This document shows, piece by piece, positions 40,741 through 53,552 of a stretch of DNA of 64,000 nt; position 1 is the first letter of the stretch; each line of letters opens with the position of its first letter. The notes below the pieces were generated by a model, which did no database searches, was not told the DNA's origin, and was given only the letters and a program-made list of their open reading frames with translations. The position numbers were made by a program, and so were the translations under genes. Origin of the DNA: Lama glama (lineage: Eukaryota); assembly GCA_028534125.1 (NCBI GenBank), contig CM052816.1:48300001-48364000 (forward strand), given 5' to 3'.

Positions 40741-41784
40741 AAAATGAGATAAAATGAATTGCTGTATTAGGTGACAGAAAAAAAAACACTTCAAAGTATT
40801 GTTATAGTTTTCTCACAGACATTATTAGTATAATTACTCCTAATATTAATCACTACTAATTGCCTCTGTTCACGGGCTCTATTTTTGGTTCGTTTTAACA
40901 ATAGCATTTATTTAACAGAAAAGTAAATAATATAGGCCAATACATCATATAATTTTTAAGACTATAAAACAGAGACGTTTCATAACCAAAATTCTTCCTG
41001 CTTTGTTAGAAAACCCTGTAACCTCACATATCTCCTATACTATTATAGCCCACAACATGTTATGTGCAGGAAAAAAGGACCTGTGGAATCTTCTCTTCTT
41101 GCTTCCAACTTCTTTGTGTCACCTGATTGCCTATATCCTTGAAATCATTAAAAATGCAAAAGTTCTCTAAAAATGTAAAAGTGATCTTGTATGTTAACCT
41201 CACTTATTATATAATAATTATATAGAGAGTATATAATTAGGTATATTTATAATATACAATAAGCAGGTATATATTATAAGATAGAATAAAATATATTATT
41301 TTACATAAATTATACATAGATGTTTGTACAGATATATATATTTATCGATATAATAAAAGTATATCATATTTTACATAACAAAATTCTATTATTTATGATT
41401 ACTTTCTTACACAGTTTATTACTCTCTGTTCACTAAATAATGGGTGATGCAAGGATTATTTACAATCTGATCAACAGTAACTTGAAGGTTTGTAACAATC
41501 AGTTATGGCTAGTCTTATGACAGGAGTAGTAATATTAAGTTTGTGATGAACAGGATATGAAGTTATAGATAGAATGAAGCATATTTGACAATAGAAAAAC
41601 GTTCAGGTATAGTTTGCAGCATGAAACAGGTATCAATGTGAGATAATGTAAGACAATATGATATTGATGAAAGGTCTCTCAAATTTATACTGTTTCTTTA
41701 TTTGAACAAAGATGCAATGGGAAATATACACTCAGTTTTGAGATCAGAAGCATAGTAAAAATAACATTTGATGAAACTAATTAT

Positions 41785-41990
41785 TCTTAGTATAGGGTAA
41801 ACTCAATACAATGGCTTTTGCATCTGACACAGGGGAGTTTCAATTTTGAATCTGTTACTGTGAAATTTGTCCAATTAGTGATTTCATCTGTGATCCTCAG
41901 TGGCCCTTAAACACAAGACTAAAAATAATAGTTAATAGTAAATGTATAAATTTGGTGTAATCATTAAATTACACAATTAAAAGAACTTGG
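41785..41990 (+). mobile_element. MIR fragment
   Basis: 'ggcttttgcatctgacacaggggagtttcaattttgaatctgttact...catctgtgatcctcagt'. Confidence 0.45.
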
Positions 41991-42099
41991 AAGAGAGACT
42001 AAAACAGACATAAGTTTGATATTTATTTACATCTTTATTAACTAAATTTGAGCAATACAAATGTCCTTAAATTTGTGAAACTGGAAAAGCTCATGTGTG

Positions 42100-42310
42100 A
42101 TTTATCAGACTCCCACTCCTTCCCACCTGAATGGCTACTGAGATCGTGGTAGCATGTAGGGATGTGAACTCTTCCTCAGTGAGACCCTGACTGACCAAGC
42201 TAAGCAAAGCTCCCTGATAGCCAGCACTGGACATGTAGTATAAGACAAACCACTGAGATTCAGGGGTTGTTTGTTCCTACAGAACTGCCTAGGCTAAACT
42301 AGTCCAGAGA
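42100..42310 (+). mobile_element. Old MaLR LTR 3' fragment
   Basis: 'ccactgagattcaggggttgtttgttcctacagaactgcctaggctaaactag'. Confidence 0.5.
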
Positions 42311-45300
42311 AAGATAAATGCTATTTGAAGAGAGATAGTACTAAACTCTTCAGCAGTAGCTATGGTATAGTTTGCAGAATTCCTAACAGAATAGTGTCGC
42401 AAGAGGCTGACTAAAAAAAAATGTTTCATATTAAAATAGAAAAATAAAATTGTGTGTGTGGGGTATTAAGAAGAGTTAAAGGAAACACTAAAATCTTATT
42501 TTAAAGCAATGAAGAATGAAAAAGTGGTTAATGTAAAAGGCAGCAATCAGGTAGAATTTTTAGGTTAGAAGACAATTTATATCTAGAACATAGCATCATT
42601 ATTAGGCTCATTAAATGGTCAAAAGATTAAAAGAAGCACACAAAGAATAATTTCCCCTGGATAGGCCATTGAAAGATGTCCAGATTTAGAGTGCCTAACT
42701 CTTAAAAACAAAAAGTTGTTTTAGAGGAAAATGAAAATATAAATATGTGCTTTATAGTCCCGTATAATTATGATTCTCTTGGTTTTTAATTAAATATTCA
42801 AATACACTAGTTAATTAAATATAGCAATCAAGTTCAGCGTTCTGTGCCATTTTGGCCACATATTAAAATAACTATGAAATTAGGGGAAAAAAGACATATA
42901 AGGCTTAAAAAATTTTTATTATCATTTTTTTCTTAAATTCCTGCCATCCCATGATTGCATTTCCTTAATCTGAAATCATAATCATGAACATGTGTTAAAG
43001 ACGTATTTACATTACTAATTTTGAGCTCAAGTGATAAAAATCTATAAAGATAGAAAATTTATATTGCTCATATTTAATTGTTCAATATACATTAATAATC
43101 ACTTTTTTCAATAAATAAAGCTGGAAAAATATTATAACCCAGTTCTTTAGTATAACTGACCACTAATTATTGAACAGTATGGAAATGGCATATGCCAAAT
43201 CCCTTTTCTTCACACACTGTACAACAAACTAGGAAAGATAAAGAGAAATTTCAGCAAATATTAATACACATACAAAGCCACTAAGAAAATAGGAAGTGAC
43301 AAAGATTCATTCATGGTAATTAATAGCAACAGGAACAGCATATAAATAAACAAGCAGAGTGAACTGAATAAAGCTGAGAAATTTTCTGAGAAAACGATTT
43401 TGGTTAGATATTAACCAAAGGCTTTTTTTTTTCTTTTTTTGTTTTATACACACACAGAGAGAAATACCAGGAGACTTTGGAGGGCATGTACATAAATCTC
43501 ACTCCACCTGTAACAGAAGAATCTATTTTGTTTTCTCTCTCCAGCATCTCTTAACAATCACACAGAACATTTGTCACAATACTTTTTCCATGTTACCTTT
43601 ATGTTTTTTTTTTTGCTTGGTTACCTCTTATTAGGCCCCAAAAATAAAGATTATGGATTCTTCATAAACAGCTCCATATTAGCTGAACTAAAGCAATTAA
43701 TGAAGCAGATTGAAGAGACTATTTTGACTACCACAAACAAAATAGGTCTACTGTGGATCTACTCCAAAATAAGAAACCAACTGAAACCAAATACTTGAAT
43801 GACATATGTGTAGATAATTTGACAGTCATTAAGGTACTGCTGCCCATCTTGAGTTCACTAAGTATTACTAAAACACTTCTTTTTCCATTATGTACAGACG
43901 ATTTCCCAAATGCAAAGAATCTATTGAAAAGGTAACTGATCTTCCAAAATAGCCAGACATGATAACATATTTTTATCTGCTTAAATAGTTTGCATTTGGA
44001 ACGGATAATGACAGTAAATTCCCTTAAAACTTTTAATACAGAGGGAAGAAGCTTAGTAAAAATTAAAATATCAAGTATAACAACAATGCAGTAATTTTAG
44101 ACAAGTCTATAATCTCTCTCAATACATTATTTTATAGCTGCTTTGGCATCTGTAGTATGGTGCATTTGCAGAGCAGTAATTTAAGTCTCAAAAGGAACAA
44201 AAGTACTTTGCAAATTTAAATGCATTTCTTCAGGGACCGCTTTAACCACCACAAAAAATAGCTGTTGCATTTCACCCCTAGGTAGTTATAAATGAAAGCG
44301 TAAAATAATTTTAAAAGGTAGTCAAAAGATGGAGAAAAACAGTAAAAGTAATAGTTGCTACATAGAAAAGTTAAGTAGGCAAAACATAGCCGCCAGAGAA
44401 TTAGGTAATTTGACCAGGGCTAGAGGATGGAAATTCCTGTATCTCTTCATTAAGTGTAAACGATGTTACAATTTGTGTGCTCAGTGGATTAGGCTTTTTG
44501 ACTGTAGATGAAGCTTTCTGCTTGATTTAGCTCCTTAGGCACAGATAAAACAGAATGGCAAATAAAAAGCTAATTGCGCACTATATTGTAAAGACTGAAA
44601 AATAGTACATATTTCACACACAAAAAAGTTACAATCTGTGTTATGTAATGGAAGCCAGTTAGATGACAACTGTTTTTATTTACTTGTTCATCTATCCATC
44701 CAATCATTGATTGGCAAGTAATATTAGAGGTCTCTTGGATGTCCAGGTTAGGTGGGATGGGAGGGGAATGCAGTGGTTAAAGTTGATATGGTCCCACTGT
44801 GGTTTAAGGATCTTAGTTTAGAAATAAACTACAGGAAGCATCCTAGAGTGTAGGATAATTTGACACAAGCATCCAAGTTTCTGGTGAGAGATGGTCAGAG
44901 ATAGATGTGATGACATGAGATTGTAAGATTTTATTTTGATCTGCATTATGTTCCCAACAGTTTCCCATGAAAACCTTATCTGTTTCATCAGAAAGATACA
45001 TATCTGCCTATTTATTACAACTGTGAGGAAACAAACTCCCAACTTAAATAGTATTTTGTTTCATTATTTAATATAAACACAAGAATATGAGAGACCTGGG
45101 AATAGCACCTCATAGCAACATAGACTGAAGGCAGAAGTAACAGACCAGCAGTTCAGATGTGGCACTAAAAAGCCTAGATTTCTCTCCCTGATAAATTCAT
45201 TCTTAAGGAAAGTAACTATAGAAAATTAAACACTGGGTAGTTACATTGTGCACTTCTCTTAGACTGCAGCTGAAAGAGATACACGGAGATGAAAGCCCTG

Positions 45301-45982
45301 TAAACAACTGGCTCTGGTGCTCTTCCATGGAAAATTATGCTTATAAATTTAGCGTACAAGTAGATCACTTTTTAAGTTTAAGACTCCAAAGGTGAGGATT
45401 TTGAGAGGATTCAGAATCTTAAAGAGTTTCATTTGAAGCTCCATTTTACTCAGACTATACACAGAGGATGCTATTTATCCCTTCTTTGCCTAAGTATCCT
45501 TACAGAGAAGATGAAAAGATCCATTGCTTATAAAACTCCATGGTGAGGTAAAAAGTTCTATAGAAGTGTATTTCAAAGGAATTCCTATGAGATGTTTAAA
45601 ATAGAGGCTTTTTTTTTTTAATTCTCTGCATGGTATCTATATAATATCTTATGACTATCCTATATTTTTAAGTAAGTTTATGTTATTCTTAAAAAGACCA
45701 ATGTAGTAAGAATTGCTTTGTAAATTTAATTTACAAATTGGAATCCAAACTTACAGTATTACAATGTGTCATAATTTTTTCTGTTAAAATAATTTTATTT
45801 TCTCTTTTAAAGGAGAAATAGAAGCTTTAAAAGTTCAATAAAAATTTTTGAATTCAAGATGATGGTCTGAAAAATTACATTTAGAGTTGTTTCCTCTCAA
45901 ATATCCCAGTGAAAAAACAGTAAATAGTTACAAAACGGAAACAGGGAACAAATTCAGAAAAACACAGAGAAAATTGTAAACT

Positions 45983-46347
45983 TGTCTTAGCTTACTTAGG
46001 CTGCTATAACAAAATAACATAGGCTGGGTACTTATAAACAGCAAATATTTATTTCTCACATTTATGGAGGCTGGGAAATCCAAGATCATGGCATTAGAAG
46101 GTTTGGTGTCTAGGAAGGGCCCATTTCTTAGGATGGGTGGCTTTTCACTGAAATCTCACACAGTGAAGGGGTAAGGGATCTCTCTAGATTTTTTTTTTTT
46201 TTATAAGAAGCACACTAATCCCATTCACGAGGGCCCAGCCCTCATGACCTAATAACCTCCCAAAGACCTCATTTCCTAATACTATCTCTTGGGGATTAAG
46301 TTTCAACATATGAATTCTTGGGAGACATAAAAACTGAGACCATAGCA
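45983..46347 (-). mobile_element. MaLR solo LTR (MLT1A-like)
   Basis: 'tgtcttagcttacttaggctgctataacaaaata...tttcaacatatgaattcttgggagacataaaaactgagaccatagca'. Confidence 0.9.
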
Positions 46348-46595
46348 CACCTGTGCCAGGTGCTTTGTTTTGTTTTGTTTTTAATAAATCTCCAGATACC
46401 ACAGAGCAGATGGGATTGAGAAAATAAATAAACCAAATTGAAGAAAATCACAGACCAAAATAGGCACAGAGAAATCCCCAATAGGTATAGAATTCATTCT
46501 GCTCAATAGACGCAACTACATTTATAGTCAGCAGGTACAAAGGATTGTGTCCTAGCAGCTAGGTGAGTGTGATTTTCTCAACAAAACTAAAGCGG

Positions 46596-49287
46596 GAGGG
46601 AAGGGAGCGGGGTCTAGGAAGGGGGGTTAAGTCCCCTCGTCCCCCCTGGTTGCCCTCGACTGGGACGGAACAAGGGAGGGGAATGATCGAGATGGCGGTG
46701 GAGGAGCCGTTTCTGGTGCCAGCCCCGCCGCCGCTGCTGCTCAAAGATGAGTCGGGCGGAGGGGGGCAGCCGCACGGTGCAACCGCACCAAGAGGCTGCC
46801 TTCGGGGAGCTCCGCGGCGGTACGCAGTGTGGGCCGGGCCGCACGCGCACTCAGCGGGGTCCCCGGCTCCTGGGACCCACAAGTAGAGCCCCGGTGCTGC
46901 ATCCACCCCTTGCGGCGGCCAGTCACAGCAGCAACTAGGGGCGGCCCCCAGGCGCAGGCGCACGGGGAGGCCCGCTTGTCGGATCCCCATGGGCGAGCCG
47001 CTTCCCCAGACGTGGGGGAGGAGCGACGAGGAGCGGGTGAAGCAGAACTGGACCCCGTAATGGCTATCAGCCCCACCTGGGGGACGTGGTGGGGAAGAGG
47101 AGAAATAGCTGTAATGTAGGGGGAGGTGGTGGAGGCTTCAAACATCCGGCCTTCAAGAGGCGCAGGCGGGTTAATTCGGACTGTGACTGTCTTACCTTCC
47201 AACTTCCTTGGGGTGGGGTAGGGGCAATATCTTTGATCCGCTGAACCTGAATAGTCTCCTGGATGAGGAAGTGAGCCGTGCACTCAATGCAGAGACCCCT
47301 AAGTCATCCCCACTTTCGGCCAGGGGGTTCAGATCTAGTGGAGACCCTCATCCCCAAAGATATTACTGACCTTCTCAGTCTGAATACTTGCACTGATGAG
47401 GCCCAAGTAGTTCTTGCTTCACCACTCAAGACTGGCCAGAAGCGGCATAGACACCGGGGACAGCACTACCACCAGCACCAGTAGCAGCAGGCAACCGGAG
47501 GGAACGATAGCCACTCCCTGCTGCCCACAGCCCCCCTCACTCCCTCACTCCATACAGAGGGCACCACACAGCAGCAGCAGCATAGGGGCCAGAACCGGGA
47601 CGTCCCCCAACCCTATGAACTCAACACAGACATCAACTGCAAGCATGAGGTCTTGTCACCCCTTCCATCTGCCCTGCAGTGTCCCTCAGGCTCCCTTTCA
47701 GCCCCTCCAGCTGCCTCACTTACCTCTGCACCCCAGTCTTCCTGCTCACAACATCGCAAATGTCGCAGGACTTCCAGCAAGTCAGAGGCAGGGGTTCGGG
47801 GTGGAGGCCAAGGTCCCAAGGAAAAGGGCCGAGGCAGTTGGGGAGGCCACCACCAGGTCCACCCACTACCTGCAGCAGGTTTCAAAAAGCAGCAGCGCAA
47901 GTTCCAGTATGGGAATTACTGCAAGCACTATGGGTACCGCAATCCTTCTTGTGAGGAGGGGCACCTTCGGGTGTTGAAGCCTGAGTGGTTTTGGGGTTGG
48001 GACGTCCTAGATCTGGGCTGCAGTGTGGGCCACCTGACCCTGAGCATTGCCTGTAAATGGGGCCTATCCTGCATGGTGGGCCTGTATATTGATGCCCTGC
48101 TCATCCACTCCGCCCGCCAAAACATCTGACACTACCTGTCTGAAGAGCTGCGCCTGCCACCCCAGACTTCTGAAGGGGACCCAGGAGCAGAGAGTGAGGA
48201 AGTGACCACAACCGTCCGAAAGAGGAGCTGCTTCCCAGCCTCAGTGTCAGCCAGCCAGGGCCCCATTGCTGCACCCCAAGTGCCCTTGGATGGAGCTGAC
48301 ACATCTGTCTTCCCCAACAATGTTGTCTTCGTCAGGGGTAATATGTGCTGGATCGAGATGAGCTGGTGGAGGCCCAAATACCTGAGTATGATGTGGTGCT
48401 CTGCCTCAGCCTCACCAAGTGGGTGCATCTGAACTGGGGAGACAAGGGGCTGAAGCGTATGTTTCACTAGATCTACCAGCACCTACATCCTGCGGGCATC
48501 CTAGTACTGGAGCCCCAACCTTGGTCATCTTACGGCAAGAGAAAGACCCTTACGGAAACAATCTACAAGAACTACTATCGAATCCAGCTGAAGCCAGAGC
48601 AGTTCAGTTCCTACCTGACATCCCAGAGGTGGGCTTCTCCAGCTATGAGCTTGTGGCCACACCCCACAACACCTCCAAAGGCTTCCAGCATCCTGTGTAC
48701 CTGTTCCACAAGGCCTGTTTCCCCAGCCACTAAGTGGCCCCCTGAACAGAAAGTGTGCAGAAGCTGCCTGCTGCTCCTCAGGACCTGGGAGAAGAGGAAA
48801 GTATCCCAAGGTCTTTCCTTTCTGGCTCCAAAAATAGTTTCCTTTCTTGGATCTGCAAGAAAGCTTTTCCTGTGTGCTGCCTTAGTCTCTTCCCTACATC
48901 TCTAGCACCTAAGCAGCAAGCCCAGCTGTGCTGGAGTTACCATCATCTTCCTCTCCCCTAGCCCACTGGGCTGGATGGCATGGACTGTTTACTGACCTCT
49001 GTTCTCCTAGGGCACAGAAGGTGGGGGGTATCAAGTACTCTAGCCTTTTTCTCCTGTTCTCCCAAGGAGAGATTCCCATTTCTCCTCGGCCCTTGTCCCT
49101 AACTGCATTTCAGTGGACCACAGATAGATGGACTGAGGGTTAAAAAGGGGAAGCTGGTGGGCAGGCATGCAGGTACTGTGAAAATCCTTCCCTCTACTAT
49201 CCCCCATTGGGAAAGGGGGTTGGGTTTGGAATGTGAGAATAGCACAATAAACTTGATGTTTAGAGCAGTGGCCCCCACCCCTCCAAA
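46596..49287 (+). pseudogene. MEPCE: Processed pseudogene of the 7SK snRNA methylphosphate capping enzyme
   Basis: ATG at 46683 (MIEMAVEEPFLVPAPPP..KDESGGG), '[25 protein letters not shown]', '[20 protein letters not shown]', C-terminus '[31 protein letters not shown]' with TAA at 48731-48733; intronless; stops at 47482-47484 and 48127-48129 plus several frameshifts; 3' UTR with AATAAA at 49246-49251; TSD aaaactaaagcgg at 46583-46595 and 49288-49300. Confidence 0.97.
46650..47180. promoter_or_regulatory. CpG island-like 5' end of the MEPCE retrocopy
   Basis: About 37 CpG in 46681-47040 by hand count, in an otherwise CpG-poor window; activity not shown. Confidence 0.6.
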
Positions 49288-49825
49288 AAAACTAAAGCGG
49301 TATTCTTTCAAAAAAGTGAAGATCTACTATAGAATAAACGATGGTGCTGAGTATAAAAGTCGGTAATTCAGAATAAATCTCACCTTAATTTGGCTATGAA
49401 GGTGACAGTTTATTGCAACCTCTCTCTTTATGCATCTAAATAAGACCTTTTCTAAAATATGTACAAAGGGGCTTGATGCAGGTCTTAAATTCCAAGGAGA
49501 AGACTATTGGGGAAACAGACTAGAAGATAAGTACAATCACTTTCATTAATTATCCTAACCTCAATTCAAAATATAGATGGAAATTCAAAACTTAGCAGTT
49601 AAAAAAATAATAAAACAATAAGATAGAAAGTATAAGATGAACAACACAACAGATGACAGTGAAGACAGAAAAAATAAATTTGGAAATATAATATTTCACA
49701 TTTTTATCAATATTCTTAGATTAGAGAAGACAGCACATCCTTAAATCAAGGACAGATTGCTATTCAAAGGCAAAAAATAATCAGAGAAAAGAAGGCTTTC
49801 TGGACATTAAAGCTATTTTAATAAG

Positions 49826-50820
49826 ACATCTGGCTTCTGCTCTGGAGTATAGAAGGCTAAAGAATGTCACTCTCATTCTTATAAAAGAGTCGGATTGACT
49901 TTCAAATTCATGACTTCTTTTCAAAAGTATTGGAGAACTGAGGTTGCAGAGAAAAGAACTGGCATCAAATCTAAGGAAAGAAAGGCATCTGGTGGAAAAG
50001 AGAAGGTGAGATCACATACATGCCTAGGGAAGCTATAGATATGTAAGAAGAATTCAACCAGAATATCTGAGAAGTTGATTTAGGCCAAGTATAGTCTGTT
50101 GGGCAGTGTGAAGCCCCTGGAGGAGCACAGAATTAGGGAAATCCTCATTATTTTGTAGGTTCTCTGTGAACAAAACCTACCAGATCTTCATAGAAACTAT
50201 CAGAAAGACCGCTAAGAAAACATCCAGTATGGCATAGACCCAGGAGAAGGAAACAGTATCTATGCAGGTAGAGCAAGAAATTCCTCCCAGAATCTTTACC
50301 CTTAATTCTCCTATATAATTTGCGAAGAGAAGGGCAACAAATACTGTCACTCTTAGATTTAAAACTCATTGTAGATAAGGAAGGGAAAGGGGACTGGGAA
50401 AAAAAAAAATACTGGATGAGTGGCAGGAATAGGCACTGGGCCACAACTATAGCCAGGGGAGAGGCAAGAAAATAGTGAAGGCCACACCACTGAGACATAG
50501 GGATTCAGAGCTTGCCTAAAATGAAGGTTTAATCAGAACAACAAAGAATGCTGAATCCCCACAGCTCCTCCCACCACCAAGCTACCAAGTGTTCAATGAG
50601 AAATAACAGGAGAAAACTGTTGGTGAAGGATAAGAGAAGAACACACAGAGACTCTCTGAGGCACAAGAGCAAGGAAAAACTTGAAAGTCAAAGCCAAGCA
50701 GGTAATGCTCTGGAAAACTAACCCAACCCTGAACACAAGTCATCACTACAGAACTTTGAAGAGTGTGGCACCCTGAGAATAACCATGACAGCAATAAATC
50801 TCAAATCCATCTCCTCAACC
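49826..50820 (+). mobile_element. Old L1M 5' UTR-like segment
   Basis: Starts 'tctggcttctgctctggagtatagaaggctaaagaatgtcactctcattc'; resembles L1MC/MD 5' ends. Confidence 0.55.
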
Positions 50821-50829
50821 AGACAATGA

Positions 50830-53460
50830 TCATCAGACTGAATGAAAATAGAAGAGCCAAACATATGCTGTAGAATATGTTAAGCATCCTACTTTAAATA
50901 TAAATACATAGATTAAAAGGAAAGGGAAGGGGAAAGATGTACTAAGCAAACACTAACCAAAATAAAGATAATGCTTTATTATAAAGCAACAGCTTTAAAG
51001 ATGATTACCACACAGGTATCAGTCAAAGTAGTCTTCAGTGCAAATAAAATTGTCACAGGCAAAGAAGGGCATAATAAAATGATCAGTTCTTCAAGAAAAT
51101 ATAACAATCTTAAGTTCAAATCTACCTAAATACAAAGCTTCACAAAAAAAGGTAAAGGTTAAAAAAGAAATATTAAAAGTACAATTATAAATTGTTCAAC
51201 ACTCCTTTGTAATTAATCAACAGGACAATAGCAGAGAAAATTAGCAGAATAAAATAGACCAGAACAACACTTCTAATCAGATAGACCTGATTCATGTTTA
51301 TAGGATGCTTCATTCAACAAAAGTAAAATATACTTTCTTTTCAAGTATATATGGAACATTAATCAATATTGACCTTATTCAGGATCATAAAACAACTCAA
51401 CAAATTGATAAGATTAGAAATCATATAAAGTATAATCCTGGAATATAAGAAAATGAAATAAAGAGTCAATTAAAGAAGATATATGGAAAATCTACAAGAT
51501 TTTGAAGTTAACTCCTAAACAGCCTAGGGTCAAAATGCTCAATGAAAAATTAATTTGAATTGAATGAAAAACAAAAGTAACATATCAAAAATTTTGAGAT
51601 GCATTAATAACTGTACATAGAGTGAAAATTATAGCATTAAATGCTTATATTGGAAAAGAAGAAATTCCTCAAATTAGTAATCTGAATTTCAACCCTAAGA
51701 AACTAGAAAAAAAAAAACAAATGAACTAAAGCAAACTGAGACATAAGGAAGAAAATAACAGAGAAGACATTAATGATACTGAACACAGTAAAAGAATAAG
51801 AAAAAAAATCCAATGATTTCAAAACTAGTTTTTTGAGTGCTTAAAAAAATTCATATGTCTACACAGACGGATCAAAAAAAATGAATAAATTAAAAACAAA
51901 ACCAAAAAACAGAAGAGATACATATTACCAACACAATGAAGGAAAAAAAAAAATACCACTAGAAATCCTACATTTGTTAAAAAGACCACAATTAAACACT
52001 AGGAACAACTTTATGCCCATAAAGTCAACATTTTACATGAAATTGTCATAATTATTTCAAAAATACAGACTATTAAATCTCATTCAAGAATAGATAACCT
52101 AGATGTCTCTTATAAGCTAAATCTCTTTAAGAAACTAAATCATATTTAAAACTCTTTGAATAAGAAAAACCCAAACCCAAATTATTTCACCAGTGACTTC
52201 TACCAAATATTTCACATTTCATATTGTCATCTAGAAAAGAGGAGAAGAGGGGCTATTTCTCTATTATTTTTATGAGGTCAGAATTGTCCTAATACCAATA
52301 GCAGACAACAGTATTACAAGGAAAAAATTATACAGATCAGTATTCCTCATGAACATAAACTCAAATATCTTCTATAAAAAATCAGCAAATGAAATCAACC
52401 AATAAATAACAAGGATAATACACCACAACAGAAATGGAGTTTATTCCAAAAATTCAAGGCGATTTCAAGAGCTATACATCAATGGACATGACTCATTCTA
52501 TAAATAGACTTAACAAGCTCAAGATATTCTCAATAGATTCACAGAAAGAATCTGAAAAAAATAAACATCGATTTATGATAAACTCTCAGTAAATTCGGAA
52601 TAAAAGGAATTCCTCCACCTGGTAAGGGTATCTAAAACAATCTATTGTTAACATCATACTTAATAGTGAAGGTCTGTATGCCTTATCCCTAAGATCAGCA
52701 ACATCAGAATAATCTTTTTCCTGACTTATATTGTGCTGGATATGCTAGCCAATATAATGGTAAAGTGAAATAAATTAAAAGCACACAGAATATAAAAGTA
52801 GAAGTAGACATTTTCTATTCACAGATGAAATGACTTTCTAAGTGGAAAATCTGAAAAACTCAAAAACTTTTCTAGAATTAACAGAGTTTACCAAGTCTTA
52901 AGACACAAAGTCAACTTAAAAAAAATACCAATTTCATTCCTACCTAGTAGTGATGAGCAATTAGATTTTTTTAATTAATTTACTTTAGCACTAAATAAAA
53001 CTGAAATATTAGGTAAAAACCCAACAAAAATATGTTCAAGATATGTATGTTGAAAACTGTAAAATGGAAGTAATTAAACAACAAATAAATGAAGAGATAT
53101 ACCATGGTTTTAGACTGAAAAACTCAATATTATAAATTATTCCCAAAAAATAAACTATCCCCAATTTGATCTGTAGATTCAGTGCAAATCTAATTAAAAT
53201 TCCAACAGAATGTCTGTAGATATGTGAAGGCTGACTATAAAATTTATATGAAGAAAATAAACTTGAAATGAGAAAAATGAAACTACAGAATAAATCTGGA
53301 AGATTTCCATGCCTCAATTTAAGTATGTACTTAAATGATACACTAGTGAAGACAGTGTGGTACTGATGATAGATCCATTCCATAAAATTAGACTAGAAAA
53401 TAGATTCCCCCAAATTTAGTCAACTTTATTTTTTAAACAAACTTATAAAGCAATCCACTG
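50830..53460 (+). mobile_element. Old L1 ORF2 (endonuclease through RT), decayed
   Basis: A-rich sense L1: 'gattaaaaggaaagggaaggggaaagatgtactaagcaaacactaacc' (EN), 'ttttatgaggtcagaattgtcctaatacc', 'ggataatacaccacaac', 'tctattcacagatgaaatgact' (FADD-like), 'gtgaagacagtgtggtactg'. Confidence 0.9.
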
Positions 53461-53552
53461 GTTGCCTCTCCTTCTTCCCTTTTTCCTTTTCCATTTTGTC
53501 TCCGCACCCTCCACCCCCATCTACCTCACAAATTATATTATCCCTACCTGAA

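Noticed and set aside
46559..47977. Several 140-190 aa ORFs on both strands
   Set aside because: Alternative-frame or antisense readings of the GC-rich MEPCE pseudogene.
47653..48129. 158-aa in-frame MEPCE fragment as a possible functional retrogene
   Set aside because: Non-ATG start and a premature TGA inside the methyltransferase domain; flanked by further stops and frameshifts.
53461..53552. Purine-rich minus-strand stretch faintly like a tubulin C-terminal region or a decayed poly(A)
   Set aside because: Low complexity; I cannot align it convincingly to either by eye.
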